A stretch of 55,041 bases of DNA from Girardia tigrina (Eukaryota), in NCBI GenBank assembly GCA_001938485.1, contig MQRK01182241.1, positions 1 to 55,041 of the forward strand, read 5' to 3'. Below are positions 13,173-25,703 of this stretch, piece by piece. The position numbers and the translations under genes were made by a program. Under the pieces are notes generated by a model. That model saw only the letters and a list, made by a program, of their open reading frames with translations. It did not search any database and was not told where the DNA came from. Position 1 is the stretch's first letter, and each line of letters opens with the position of its first letter.

Positions 13173-13253
13173 TGATTTTTCACTTTTCCAAGATAGAAAA
13201 AATCCGAATTCGTCGACTTTTACCAGACAGTTGACTTCCAATATGTTTAGTTC
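13173..13253 (-). CDS. PLCB4: PLC-beta4/NorpA-like, coding exon 2
   Basis: cag|[27 protein letters not shown]|gt, compared with PLC-beta4 [20 protein letters not shown]; followed by a 50-bp intron. Confidence 0.92.
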
Positions 13254-13320
13254 CTGAAATGAAATATTCTAGTAAGTGAATATACACGTGCATTTACGAA
13301 AGCATTTTTGAAAAGATTAT

Positions 13321-13360
13321 ATTACATGTTTCGATATTTTTCATACCATCATCGGTAATT
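13321..13360 (-). ncRNA. Degenerate hammerhead motif (CCGAUGA core), isolated PLE pLTR remnant
   Basis: Reads aatta-CCGATGA-TGGTATGAAAAATATC-GAA-ACATGT-A; U4 changed to C and stem I is weak. Confidence 0.45.
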
Positions 13361-13416
13361 ATAAATTTATACCAATTAATTAAAGATAGGAAAACTATAA
13401 CATAATAATAATACAT

Positions 13417-14440
13417 GTACATGTCTGTCCAGAAAGTTTTGACCGATGGTATTCTATAAGTATCTAATGAACGCATTTATAAATGTCTATTATATTTACA
13501 GATAACACATAGATATGTGAATGATTTTGTAAAATATAATTCAAAAATAATCAATTATTCTTATTGTAGGAAAACTAATTTCAAAATATCAGTTAACAAA
13601 TTGTTTCGAAAATAAATATTATTTTGCAATATTGTTTGGAAACGTAATTTGAATCCCCCGTTATATGTAAAGAGATGAATGCAGCTCTTGGAAGTGGTGC
13701 TGTTACTGAGAGCACTTGCATGGGTTTAACAACGGCGATTTTAATGTGAAAGATCTACAGCGCTCTGGAAGACCGTCAATGAACATTGATGACGCTATAT
13801 CGCAACAGCTGGATTTGGGCAAATACCGCACGTCGCTCCATAACACTTGAGTTGGCAATTTCACCAAGACAGCTCGAAATCATCTCATTCAGATGGGGAA
13901 AAAGTACCTTGTGTAATTGATGGATCCCACATATATTGTTCCCTGAACAAGTGGCTAATAGAGAAAGACTATGCAACGAACTGTTAGCAAAGCAATCGAC
14001 TTTTGATTTTCTTGGACAAACGGTAACCATGGATGAATCCTGAATATACTGGGACAATGGAGGCTCAAAACATTATCGTTCTTGAAGTTCGTCGTGTGAT
14101 TACACCCAGGAAGTACATGATTTCAGTTTTTGGGGACTGCAAAAGTGTATTGCTAATGGAATTTCTCGCTCATGGACAGACAATTACTTCAGATACCTAC
14201 TGTCAACAGCTGGATCATTTTTTGATGCAATACGACAAAAGCGGAGGCGGCTTATGGGAGGAGGAGCTCAACAGATTACTTACCTTCACGATAACGCCCG
14301 ACCCAAGACAGCCAACAAAACAAAAAATAAGCTGCAGGAAATCGGATTCAGGGTATTGCTCCATCCACCATACTTACCTGACCTCGCTTACTCCAATTTT
14401 TATTTATTCTTCCCAATGAAACCGCCCTCCGAGGACGAAA
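13417..14440 (+). mobile_element. Degenerate mariner transposon
   Basis: Frameshifted motifs (FNNGDFNVKD..RSGRP, WIPHIL, TMDES, LHDNARP, HPPYLPDLAYSNFYLF). Possible left TIR tgtctgtccagaaagtt; right end not found. Confidence 0.75.
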
Positions 14441-14699
14441 TAACATCTCCGTGGCCTTTTTTCAATGTAGTTGACATTATTATTAACCAATGTTTTCCAT
14501 AGGAAACCTAGGATGGAGAACGCCTTCCTGGACCTACTTTCATGTTTTAAGTCGAAAAGTCTTCGCAATGACCTTTTCAATTAATCCGTGTTTGACCTTT
14601 CAAAAGTCTTTTATTGTGGGAAATAAAGATAAAATTGCTGAAAGCCAAATCCACAGTCCCACAAAGCCCCTTTAACAAATAACATCCTTTGTAACAGAA

Positions 14700-15700
14700 C
14701 GTTTGTGAATTCGAGCGTTATTATAAAACCAAAATAATATTTTGACATGGGTCTTTCGTGTCATATACCAAGAATCTTAAATAACATTAGTCTTATACTT
14801 TCCGTTAAGTTTCTCTATTTTGTCGACAACATTTGTATGGACAGAACCAAGTAAATGTCACTAAATCACAAGCTCAATGGTTAATTCATAAGATGTGGAT
14901 CTCTTCAGTTTATTCTAACTAGACTGTAGTGAATTTTCGTACATCTATGTATATTTTTTCAAATGGTTCGTTTTTATGCTAAATGTCATCCGTTCTTCTT
15001 TCGTAGCGATTGTTACTGTCTTACTTCTTTGACATCGTTCAATTACTTATTTTATCATTTCGTTATGTTTGTTCATGTTGCATTTTTCTGCGATATGTTT
15101 TATAACTTTCTCTGCACCCTCGTGTGATAATAGTGTATGTTTTTGTTTAATACTTTCTTCTCTCTCTTCTGCTACTATCCAAATCTTTCCCTAGTTTATC
15201 CTCGTTCCGTCATTTGTAAGGTTTTATCTGCTTCTAAAATTATGCTTTTCCATATTCCTTCGACATCTCCCTGCTGGCATTTGGATCTGGCTGTCATATC
15301 CATGGCGTTTATCATCCGAGTCTTGATCTTCCGTGTTTTGCTTCTTCATGCGCTATCAGGCATTGTGTACATGTATCATACGTGTTCCGTGATAGCATAT
15401 CTGCGTTTGAATGTGCGGTTCCCTTCAGGTATTCTAGTTGTATATCTAGACTTGATAAGCAGTTTATTCATATATGAAATTGTGTGGTTATCGTTTTTTT
15501 GTCTTTAGCGTGAATGTAATCGCCTTGTGGTGTAACGTTGACAAAAGTAAAATATTGCTAACATTTTGCGAGTAGTACAGTTCGTGTACAGATTTTTAAA
15601 GAAGCAAGATTTTGAAACAGAACTTATATTCGCAAAGAATGAATAAATGGCAAGGAGCTGAGTGGGTTAATTATTTCATACAATAAGATACTTGGAAGGT
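14700..15700 (-). mobile_element. Ty3/gypsy pol remnant (RNase H - integrase)
   Basis: Broken frames read HKAITF, LEYLKGTAHSNADMLSR, HTLLSHEGAEK...ERCQRSK (HHCC) and EPFEKIYIDV, in gypsy domain order. Confidence 0.7.
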
Positions 15701-17140
15701 ACATTTTAACGGTGAATAATCAACGAAAGCAGTTTAAGGTTTTTTGGATATTGGAGCGAGAATAAATTACGTGAGTTTCACTATTTCCAAAGAATAACAG
15801 AATGTATGGGATAAATGTGAGGGAAACTACAAATGAATATTTCCTCAAAAAAGAAGAATCAGGAATGATAAAAATTATAATTATCAATTATATTTTATAT
15901 ATCATTATTTATGTGAGGACAATTAAATTTATATGAATATTTATAATGACGTATGTCTATTTATAGTTATAATATAATAATAGATCAAAAGTCTTTAATT
16001 AAATATCATATTCAGGAAAATCAGCACTTAAAATTATTGTGTTATATTCTGAATTGAAATTAAACATGATGAAAGATCTTTATAATTTAATATTAATTTT
16101 AACGTGATTAATACTCTTTTATTAAAAAATATTTATATTAACACTATTAACGTGATATTCTTATACATTCTAAATTTTTATTAAATAAACATGAATGAGA
16201 TTGATTTTTGTAACTTATTAAAAAAACTTTAATATGATTATTAAAAATGCAATATAATATATTACAAAAAAGTAAGAAAAAATTTACTAAGAAAACATTT
16301 TTTTAACATTTGTTTTTTTCGTACAAAATTAATTTTACTCGTTCTAAATTATCATAAAATAATAAAATAAAAAATTATATTGTTTAAAAATATTAAATAA
16401 ATATTTGACAGAATATTTTCGCAATTTATTTTAACAAATACTTGCAATAGTACATGATCATTGTCATTACATTAAGTCTTCAGTAATAAAAATACAAAAA
16501 TAATAGTGATTCGTAAATTAACTTTACAATTTCGTATCGGAGTCAATTGTGGAATAATTAGTAAAAACGAAAAGTCAAATAAAAATCAAAAATCCGTAAA
16601 TAAGAGTACGAAATTTTCTCATTGGATATTATATAATTAAAATGGATTTTGTGAATTGCTCTTTCAATATATTGATTTTTCTTAAAATAACCTTTTATAT
16701 TGAATTATAACTGTGAAGTTATTGATAATTATTTGAAAAATTAAAAGAATTCCCATCGATATTTTGTTGATATTTTAACACTTAATGTTTCTGAATTATC
16801 TTTAACTCCTATGGATGGCAATTTTGAAATCTGTTATATATAAGCTATAAACAGATGTAAAATTTTCCATTTTCTGGATTATGGAAACCACCGTTATGAA
16901 CATACGGCATCCCCAGTGGGTTTAGCGATGGCTCAGAAACATTGTATAAATATAAGGCAAGTGAGTTATGTACTACTATTAAAAACCCTAAAGTTTGTAT
17001 TTATTCACTTAAATTGGCAATTCCAGTTTCCATTTATGTTAAATATAAGAAATAAATATTTTTAGCTCACTAGATTAGAGACAATAAAATATTAAAATAT
17101 TGTTATAAATATTATTTACTTTATAAATCAAAAATCTTAC

Positions 17141-17263
17141 ATCATCATAAAAATCAAAAATAGCTCCTCGTTTTAATTCTTCTGGTACATTTCGACGCCA
17201 ATGAAACTCGTATATTTTTGAACTAGGTACAGTTCGCTGACGCTTTGCAATATCAGATGTCAT
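17141..17263 (-). CDS. PLCB4: PLC-beta4/NorpA-like, coding exon 1
   Basis: MTSDIAKRQRTVPSSKIYEFHWRRNVPEELKRGAIFDFYDD|gtaag, compared with PLC-beta4 YEFNWQKEVPSFLQEG.VFDRYEE; 123 nt, phase 0. Confidence 0.9.
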
Positions 17264-18060
17264 GGATCAGACGACAGCATGATATTATATAAAAATATTT
17301 ATTTTTCCAAACTTTATTTGCTCATGTTAAAGTTAATTTGTGAATGAAATTACAGCACATTTCCAATAAATAGAGAAAAACAAATAACAAGCGATTCGAA
17401 AATATTAGGTTGCTTCGTAAAAATTAATTTATAAAATAATCTAGGTATATATAATATATATATGTATATACATCTATATATACTTATTTATATATATGTA
17501 TATATATATATACTTATACATTATTATTTCGTAATATTTTATACATGAAAAATCAATATCAAAACGACCAGCCAATCATTATAAAGTGATTTATAATTGG
17601 TTACGAAATTTTCATTAAGAAATGAAAGCAATGAAAGCAGCAATTGGATTTGTTTAAAATGATTTCTCCTAGTTGGACTAGTAAATTTACTGTATCTGAT
17701 GTTGTCAAAGCAACAAGAATTCCATCATTATCAATCTGTTGGATGAGATGATGATTTGATTTTTATGATTTTTAAAGAAAAATTTATCTCAAAATATTTT
17801 GTTTTTTTTAAAATACGTAATTGTAATCGCTACAAAAAAATTTTTTACTAAATTAAATAAAACGTATAATTTAAACTAATTTTTAAAAAAATAATTTCTT
17901 TTTTAAAAAATATTTGCCTAATAAAATCTATAAATTTAAATATAAAAACGAAAATATTGTTTTGTAAAAGTAATTATTTTCATTAGTTAATTTGTGGTTT
18001 GTTTAAATTGATTGCTATTATTTATATTTAATGAACAAATTTTAAAATTTTATTTATAAC
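17264..18060. promoter_or_regulatory. Shared divergent (bidirectional) promoter / 5' UTR region
   Basis: 797 bp between two oppositely oriented start codons, no recognisable transposon, CCAAT-type boxes on both strands at ~17572-17647. Confidence 0.5.
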
Positions 18061-18709
18061 ATGGAATTCGAATTTTTCAACGTTAATTTTTTTGATATTT
18101 TCACAACCGTTCTTTTTGTAATATTTCTTGGGATATTTTCAATTTGTTTGTTTTTCTGGTTCAAAAGCTCGAGTAGTAAAACTAGTGTACATTGTCCGAA
18201 CAATTTCTCGGTCAATAGTAAAAAAAAGGGTAAAAGAAAATTGAATTCTTCCAAATCCAACAAACTACTCGTAACGAGTGAAGATTTATCGACAGACAAA
18301 TCTATCAGAAATAAACACATTGAAATTAATAGCAGTCCGGAGATTTTGGATGAGTCCAATAAGGATGTAAAACTCAATATTGGATTGTCTCCTTCGAAAC
18401 CGATTTTACGGAAAGGAGACGATGAAATTCTCGTCGATGAAAAACATTTTCATCAGAGCACTTGGGCGAGAATCCCGAAAGATGAGGTGGAAATTCGTAG
18501 ATCGCGACAATCGAGTGTCGTATCGGAAACGAGATCGATTCAGAAAGAAGAAATAGAAGAAGTTACATCGAAACTTTCACGAGGTCAAAAGAAAAGATTG
18601 AAAGCAAAATTGAAAGTGAATGAAGTGAAAATCGAAGATTGTAAAGACGAGCTTCAGTTTAATAATTCTTCAATCAATGATGTGTCGAATGACGAAAGAG
18701 AAGATTGTG
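18061..18709 (+). CDS. Kinectin/RRBP1(p180)-like ER membrane coiled-coil protein, exon 1
   Basis: N-terminal hydrophobic TM segment (IFTTVLFVIFLGIFSICLFFWF) followed by a Lys-rich region. The donor G|GTTGGT (phase 1) is compatible with the acceptor at 32886. Confidence 0.75.
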
Positions 18710-19149
18710 GTTGGTTTGGAACTTTGTTTTGCTTTTGAATTTTTTCCATTTAAATTTAATCGATAATTGAGGATCTATGACAAAATGCTGAATTTATTAA
18801 TTAAATTAATATTAATTAATTTATTTATTAAAATTTTATTTAATTAAATTAATATTATTAATTAATAAATTTGTTAAAATTTTATTAAATTAAAATTAAT
18901 ATTATTAATTGAAAATTTTTCTAATGAAAGATGGCTTAAATTAACATGTGCCAATGCAATTTACAGTGGTTAACTGGCATTAAGAGTAGCGCGACTGTAT
19001 TTTATACTTATAATTTTACCTGGATTTTAATGGCAATACGAAATGAATTAAGAAGTAGACTCTATTAATACACTCTTGTCAAATTGATCTGAACACTGTG
19101 CTCTATAATATTGGATCAATCAAGTGTATTTATAACACAGTAACAAAAT

Positions 19150-19560
19150 ACAAAGTCTGGGTAAATGTTAATATTAAATGTGTGCGCCTCTGTCTTTTAA
19201 GAGTAATTTGATGCGCTTTGGCATTGATTCCACCGACCTTTGGCAATTATCTTTGATTTTGGGATCATTGTGCACACATCAAAAACTGCTTTTGAGACGT
19301 TCTCTAAGGTGCTGCAGTCCACTTTCCTCATCCGTGTTTTACAAATCAACCATAAATTCTATAGGGTTGATGTCAGGGAATTGCCGGGCCAATCCAAACA
19401 ATCAACTCCATTGCCAGGAACAAATTTACTCACCATCTTAGAAGAATGGCACGGGACAAGTTCTTGGCGAAAAAATGGATTTTGCACTTGTATTCTCAAC
19501 AACTCTGGAATCATTGCATCATGCAAAACTTTCATATATGTTACACTATTCAGGTACCCC
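19150..19560 (-). mobile_element. Tc1 transposase C-terminal remnant
   Basis: Reads FRQELVPCHSSKMV..F...VDCLDWPGNS....NLW, a degenerate QDNAPCH...WPGNSPDLNPIENLW. Confidence 0.65.
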
Positions 19561-19562
19561 GA

Positions 19563-21126
19563 TAAATGCGCTAAAAGGGGACTGCATAAATGTTTTTGAA
19601 AATTTATTATTAATTCGTTAATGCTAAAAATATATTTGAAATATTTAATGACAATATCAATCTGAATGCCAGTATTAAGATAATATAAGGGAGCAAAAAA
19701 ATAAAAAAAAACACAAATTTATTATCATTTAAACAATTATCCAAAAGGCACAATCTAAATAAAGATCTACCGCGTGCAAATAATCCTTCAATTCATGTTC
19801 TTTATAAGTAGGAATAATTGCAGCAAGACGTTTCGACAATTGAACGTACTTAGATTTGCTGGCTGTTTGAGTAGAAATTTCACTAAATATACGACTTATA
19901 GTTTGCTGTGTCGAGTCCTGTTCACGACGGAAATGATCGACTTCTGGATTTTATACAGAGCTAACCTGTAAGAACTGGTCTTCTTAGTTGCTGAGTCCAA
20001 CCCGACCCTTAGACCTTACAAAAAACAAACCAAATCTGCGTCTGGGTCGGACGGCCTTCCCACACAACTCGGGATGTGTCGTGACTGTGAGGAATATTTT
20101 AAATTGTTTGAATGTGTGAATGTATTGATGCTGTATGTTGATTTAAGTATGTTGAATTTAGAATGGTGATTCTCCCACCCAGATGGAAATTGGTATTTTT
20201 TATTTAAATTTAAAGTGAGTGACTATTCGAACATACTTAAAAATAATCATTTTATAAGTTCATATCTTTATTTTCAGAATTAAAATTAAGTTTAATAATT
20301 TTTAGTAAAATTTAAATAAAATTCATTTTTAATAATTTGATGTCATTTTTATAATTTTGGAATTTATTGAAAAGTGATAAAAATTAATATTTTTAGAGGT
20401 TAAATATTTTAAAAAATAATTTAGAAAAATTGTTCGAATAATCTTGATTAAAAACAGAAATAAGAAAACCAATTAGAACGATGGCAAACGATGAAAGAAC
20501 TTTTGTGAGTCTTAATGACTCTAAATGTAATTGCAATAAAGATTTAAACGAGACTTGTTTAAATGTTCTTAATAGTGACACCAACGTTAAAAGGGACCGT
20601 TTTTGCGGGTGAACCTTTCTGAGTGCCACAATAGGAGTCTGAAGTCAGTCGAAGGACATGTGTGCTCGCAAGTGAGGGAATTTTCCGATGCGGCTGGTCC
20701 GGGGCTCAATGGACGCTTTAGTTCGAGCTCCCTGCTTGACGAACGTTTACTCATCGGCCTAGCCCATTTTGTCATATCAATATAAAGATCTACCGCGTGC
20801 AAATAATCCTTGAATTCACGTCCTTTATAACTAGAAATAATTGCAGCAAGACGTTTCGACAATTGAACGTACTTAGATTTGCTGGCTGTTTGAGTAGAAA
20901 TTCCACTAAATATACGACTTATAGTTTGTTGTGTCGAGTCCTGTTCACGACGGAAATGATCGATCAATGTGTAAATTGTCAAAAGCATCTATTAATTTTA
21001 TAATTCACAAATATTTTTAGCAATAACGAATTAATAATACAAAATTTTGAAAAGCATGTATGCAGTTCCCTTTTAGCGAATTTCATGTTCATCATCTTTC
21101 ATAGCGAATTACTGTTCATCATCCCC
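19563..21126 (-). mobile_element. Composite MULE-like element with an internal duplication and captured cargo
   Basis: Inverted repeats ~19563-19642 and ~21004-21085. A MULE transposase C-terminal segment (IDHFRREQDSTQQ...DYLHAV) occurs twice (19759-19940, 20782-20963). Confidence 0.65.
20085..20590 (+). mobile_element. PLE-derived 5' fragment (same family)
   Basis: ctgtgaggaatattttaaa, tctcccacccagatggaaa (20171), tgttcgaataat, then aattagaacgATG (MANDERTFVSLNDSKCNCN). Confidence 0.7.
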
Positions 21127-21784
21127 TGGACAGGAACTAATGATCCGGAGATAGAAAATGAGAAGCTACCCTAAAACATTTGCTTTGCAGGAAATTTTAA
21201 TCACTGCTGGATGTAAGCAGGAGAAAGTGACTCTCCATCTGTTCTGCAGACAAACTGATAACATTGACCTTGAATATTGTTTAGAAATGTGTCGTCGACT
21301 CATATTTGTATGCTTAGATAATGTGATAAGCTTACTACGAGTTACCAATAGTGATCAAAAGCCGGATTCAGAATTTTCGTCAAATCCGCCCAGAGTTGGA
21401 GCCGGTGCCGGATTTACAAAAATTGAAAAAAGTTGGATATTTTAATTAAACGATAATTAAATACAATGCGATATACGAAATATAATTATGGTAAGAAATG
21501 CTTAATGTTTAATTACCACCAGAGAAAAGGATCTTCAAAATCTTCGTCTTCACTTTCTCAAACAAATCAGGTAGTACACGTACTGTAATATATTTTCTCA
21601 ATGGAATTTGATAACTGGGTACAAGTTTAACAAAACCAGTATTCTCCACAAGTTGAATGGCCGCAAATCTTTAGCAAGCATTGTGGATTTTGATAGCTGA
21701 TGGATGATCGATATGCCAACACTAAACACTGTTCCAGAGTTTGTTGAACTGTGGTATGTTTTTCTGTTATTAGTAGCAGTAGTA

Positions 21785-22394
21785 CCGTGTTTCGCACAAT
21801 ATAAGACACCCCCTGGTATAAGACCTACAGATTTATGGCAAATTTTCTAAGTTTTTTTAATAAATTAATTAAAATTATTTAAAAATTAAATTTTTAAAAT
21901 CAATTTTGTTTAAATAAAAACATTTATTATTTTTTAAAAATTTAAATCATCCATTATGAAAAGGAAAAGTTATACAATTAATTTCAAAATTAGTGTCCTT
22001 AAAGAATCAAGAAACAAATATTTGTCGGAATATTGTTAAGAAAAGAAGTTGGACTTGCGACTTGTTCGGAAATGGCGAGCAGATTACGAATATCTACTCA
22101 TAGAGGACATGCAAGGGAAAGGAAGCAGTAGAAAGGTGGGTGCAGGGAGGAAACATGAATTTAGCGAATTGGAAGATGACATTTTTAATTGGATTTTGGT
22201 TCGAAGAGAGGTCAATTTCGTAGTCCAGAGATCAGATGTCCAGGAGGTCGCCCTTAATATTGCAAATGAAAAATATTTATCATAATTAATGTATAATAAT
22301 TCATTTATAATAAGACCTATTTAGTATAAGACCTATTAACTTTTTCGTTACCTCGATTAATATACGACAGTGTCTTATATTGTGCGAAACACGG
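21785..22394 (+). mobile_element. pogo/Tigger-type internally deleted transposon
   Basis: Perfect 25-bp TIR ccgtgtttcgcacaatataagacac and TA TSDs. Retains the N-terminal Brinker-like DBD and CENP-B HTH (MKRKSYTINFK...ELEDDIFNWI) with a stop. Confidence 0.9.
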
Positions 22395-23079
22395 TAGTGA
22401 ATGCAAGTGGCAGTCTTGTTTATTTTCCTGGAGGCTAGCAAGCTCTTTTGAATGTTGAAAGCTAAGATGTGTTATCATTGAAGAGATACCGAATTTCTTT
22501 TCCCTGTATTCTGATTGTCCACAAGCAATGTAGGTATGACATGCTTTACAGATTGTTAAATGTATCTCGGTAGGTTGGATATCAAGAAATTACACAATGT
22601 ATTAGTCTCTTTGGTGAATTCATAGTAATTCCTGTATAACTGCATCTGTAAAAACATCATTTTTGAGATCTTATTTTAACATCACTTGTTTTTTATAAAC
22701 GAATTAATTTATGAGAGTTTCTAATTCTTTTAAATATTGATAAAAAACCGGTAGAATTTTTCCGGAGCCGGGGCCGAAAACTGGTACATCCCTAGTAAAT
22801 ACACAACTTTCAATACCTAACCACAATTTAACCTAAAATAAACAAAAAAATACAAATAAATATTTAGAATTCAAAAAATCGCAAAATAGATCAATGAAAC
22901 CATTGATTGTGTTAAGCATAACAAGTACTTATATAAAATACTTATTCTGAACTTTTAAATAAAGTATTGGTACCAATAGAGTCTATTAACAGTGTTCAGA
23001 TTAATTTGCTCAAGGGTGTATTAATTAACACAAATTATAGGATCAATCACATGTATTTCTTTTTTTTAAAACACAGTCA

Positions 23080-23990
23080 ATAAAAAAGCGTTTGACATGG
23101 CGATAATAATTCCTCATGTCTTTCTAATCGTCCTTCGCCGCTACAGCTCCAATTCTGTCTTCTAAAACGGCTTGTCTTTGCTGGTGAGACAAAGATAGTA
23201 TGTCTGGATAATTGGTGATCTCTGGTCTTAGATCACGCTTTAACTTGGCAAAGAAAACCTCAATCGGATTGAGGAATTGCGAATAAGGTGGCAATTGATT
23301 AATCTGATAAACAGATGTTATTAAAATAAATTTTTACATTATCATGGATTAGATAATGCAGAGTTCTGGGCAAACTTCTGGATAGGTCGCTGATAAATGA
23401 CTGATATTTAGCGTGATCTACACTGCTGCTGTATAATTTAAACAGCAGTAGACCATTTTTCCTATCTCTATAACCAGCGAAATATTTTCGCCCCTGTTGG
23501 AGAGCATGACTATATTAACTGAAAATCCTTTTTGTGATCTTTCATATTGCCTGCTAGTTCAGAAATTGAAGCTGATTTCGTCAATGAAGATACACTGATT
23601 CATTCACCAACCTTCATTAAGAAATCGGATGACATAATCGGATCGAAGGGCCTTGGACTCGTATCATTTTCCAGTCAGAAATCTGGAAATTGTCGATTTA
23701 GATGTATTCAATTATTTTGTTTCCTGAATATCTCTTCATTTCTATTAAAGTGGATTGTGGTCTTTCTTACACGTATTGAATAATATGTCGGCCCATTTCT
23801 TCGTCAATAATAGGTTTTTTGTGACCTCCATATTTTCCCATTGAAATGAGGCAACTTTTTTATACTTCTACACAATATTTCTGGTCACTGATTGCAAAAT
23901 ATCTAACTTTCTGACCAAAGTTAGATAATCTACTGACAAAAGAAATGCTCTAATAAACCTTTATTTATCAAACTTTGCTATGCTGTAATT
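23080..23990 (-). mobile_element. IS630-Tc1 (DDxE) transposase remnant
   Basis: Motifs FIDE, LSNP*CK and QLPPYSQFLNPIEVFFAKLK, with multiple stops and frameshifts. Confidence 0.7.
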
Positions 23991-25394
23991 AACTAATTAT
24001 TTGTATTTAAAATTAACTAAAGAATACGATTCCCGACTAATCTTTTCGCTACATGGCCCCGTCTTTTCACTGTCTTCAGACATAACACTAAAAGTTTTAA
24101 ATAAAAAATCATAATTTTCATTAAAATACCTTATATCATGATCATTAGCACTACTAATGGGGGAAAATTGAAAATTTATCATCCTTTTTTAATTTTTTTA
24201 TTTATACTGTTAAAATCTGGATGTTACTCTTAAAAGCTGAAAAATCAATAAAATTTTAATTTAATAAAATTTATGGAAATTAATAAATAACTTTATAACT
24301 AAATGTTTAAATAATAAATAACTGTTTATAACTAAAAACTCTATTAATTTATGAAGAATTATTGTGTTTTTTAAAGATATTTATAGCTGATTGGTTTTGT
24401 CATGTAACTTAAAATGTTGAATTTTTTTTATTTTATTATATGACTTTAAAAATTATTTATTGTAAAAATTCATTTGCGAAAAATTCAAAAAATTCTGCGC
24501 CAATTGATAGATTTTTAAAAAAGTTTTAAAATAAAGAGTAAACGGATTAAAATTTATATTTTTAATAAATAATTATACAAATAAAATGTTTTTGGTAAAT
24601 TAAAATTTAATAGTTTTATGATAAAATTTTATAAAAAATGAGCAATAATTTAAAAATAAATTTAATAATTCCAAGTTAAATTTGACAAATGAAATTGAAA
24701 GAACAATTTAATAAATGGATTTTGGTGAAATGATTAAATTAACGGGAAATTTATTTATATATGTGTATTATTTTATTAATAAAATTTTGCGATAAAAATG
24801 AATTCTGAAATTTCAGATAACAAAAATGGCATAAACGCTATTAATACACATTTATTACTATTATATTTAGAGTCATCACGATTCTCGAAAGATCTTTCAC
24901 CAGTTATCATCGTTTTAATTAGTGTAGTTTCTGAATTTTTAATAATGATTATTCATACAATTTTCCTAACATTTATTATTATTACTTGAACTTTAAAATA
25001 TTTCATAAAATTAGAAAAAATAATTAAACTAATTTTAAAATTATTCAAACTTCTAAAATGTATTTAACCCTTACAGTACCATAAGAAAACACTTTCAAGA
25101 TATTATTAGTTCAGCCTGCGATTGTTTGGGTTTTGGCGCAATAAAGTATGACAGTTCTTCTTTATTTGTTCAGAAACACATTTGCCACCTTGAACATACG
25201 TTATATTTTGACATTCAGTAAAAAAATATCGATTCAATAATAATTGAATAATTGATAACGATTTTGGTAGAAGTGAAAAATATTTCCCTTGAGCGTGATA
25301 GGGTTAATTAAAGCATTAAAAATGTTTTTATAATTTTTGAAAAATATTACTTATATTAGAAATTACCCTATACAGTTGACTTATTTTATTATCA

Positions 25395-25700
25395 CTGTGA
25401 GGAATATTTTGAATGATGTTAATTGTATGTTGTTTTAGGATTGTTTCTCCCACCCCTATGGAAGATTGATATTTTAAATATTTTAAAACGTCGGATTATT
25501 TGGACAATTAAAAAATGTAAATATAGACTTTATAATTAAATTAATATATCATAGATAAGATATTTAAAATATTTTTTTAAAATAATTAAAATTATTTTGT
25601 AATTTAATTTGTGAATAATTTTATAGTCGATATTGTAAATTAAATATTAATTAAAGTTTACTTGAATAATTAGACGTTTAGAAAGAAAATTAAAAATTGT
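25395..25700 (+). mobile_element. PLE-derived 5' fragment, interrupted by a Tc1-like element
   Basis: ctgtgaggaatatttt...tctcccacccctatggaagattgatatttt. Confidence 0.7.
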
Positions 25701-25703
25701 TTA

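Noticed and set aside
16850-16970. Possible + strand exon ending CAA|GTGAGT inside PLC intron 1
   Set aside because: No recognisable protein similarity, acceptor or partner exons.
18054-18377. Antisense ORFs overlapping real exons or transposases (also 54049..54372, 8095..8946, 44549..44743)
   Set aside because: Shadow frames of coding sequence on the other strand.
25068-25303. Possible piggyBac MITE (TTAA-CCCT...AGGG-TTAA)
   Set aside because: Only 4 terminal bases are clearly complementary, which is not enough support.
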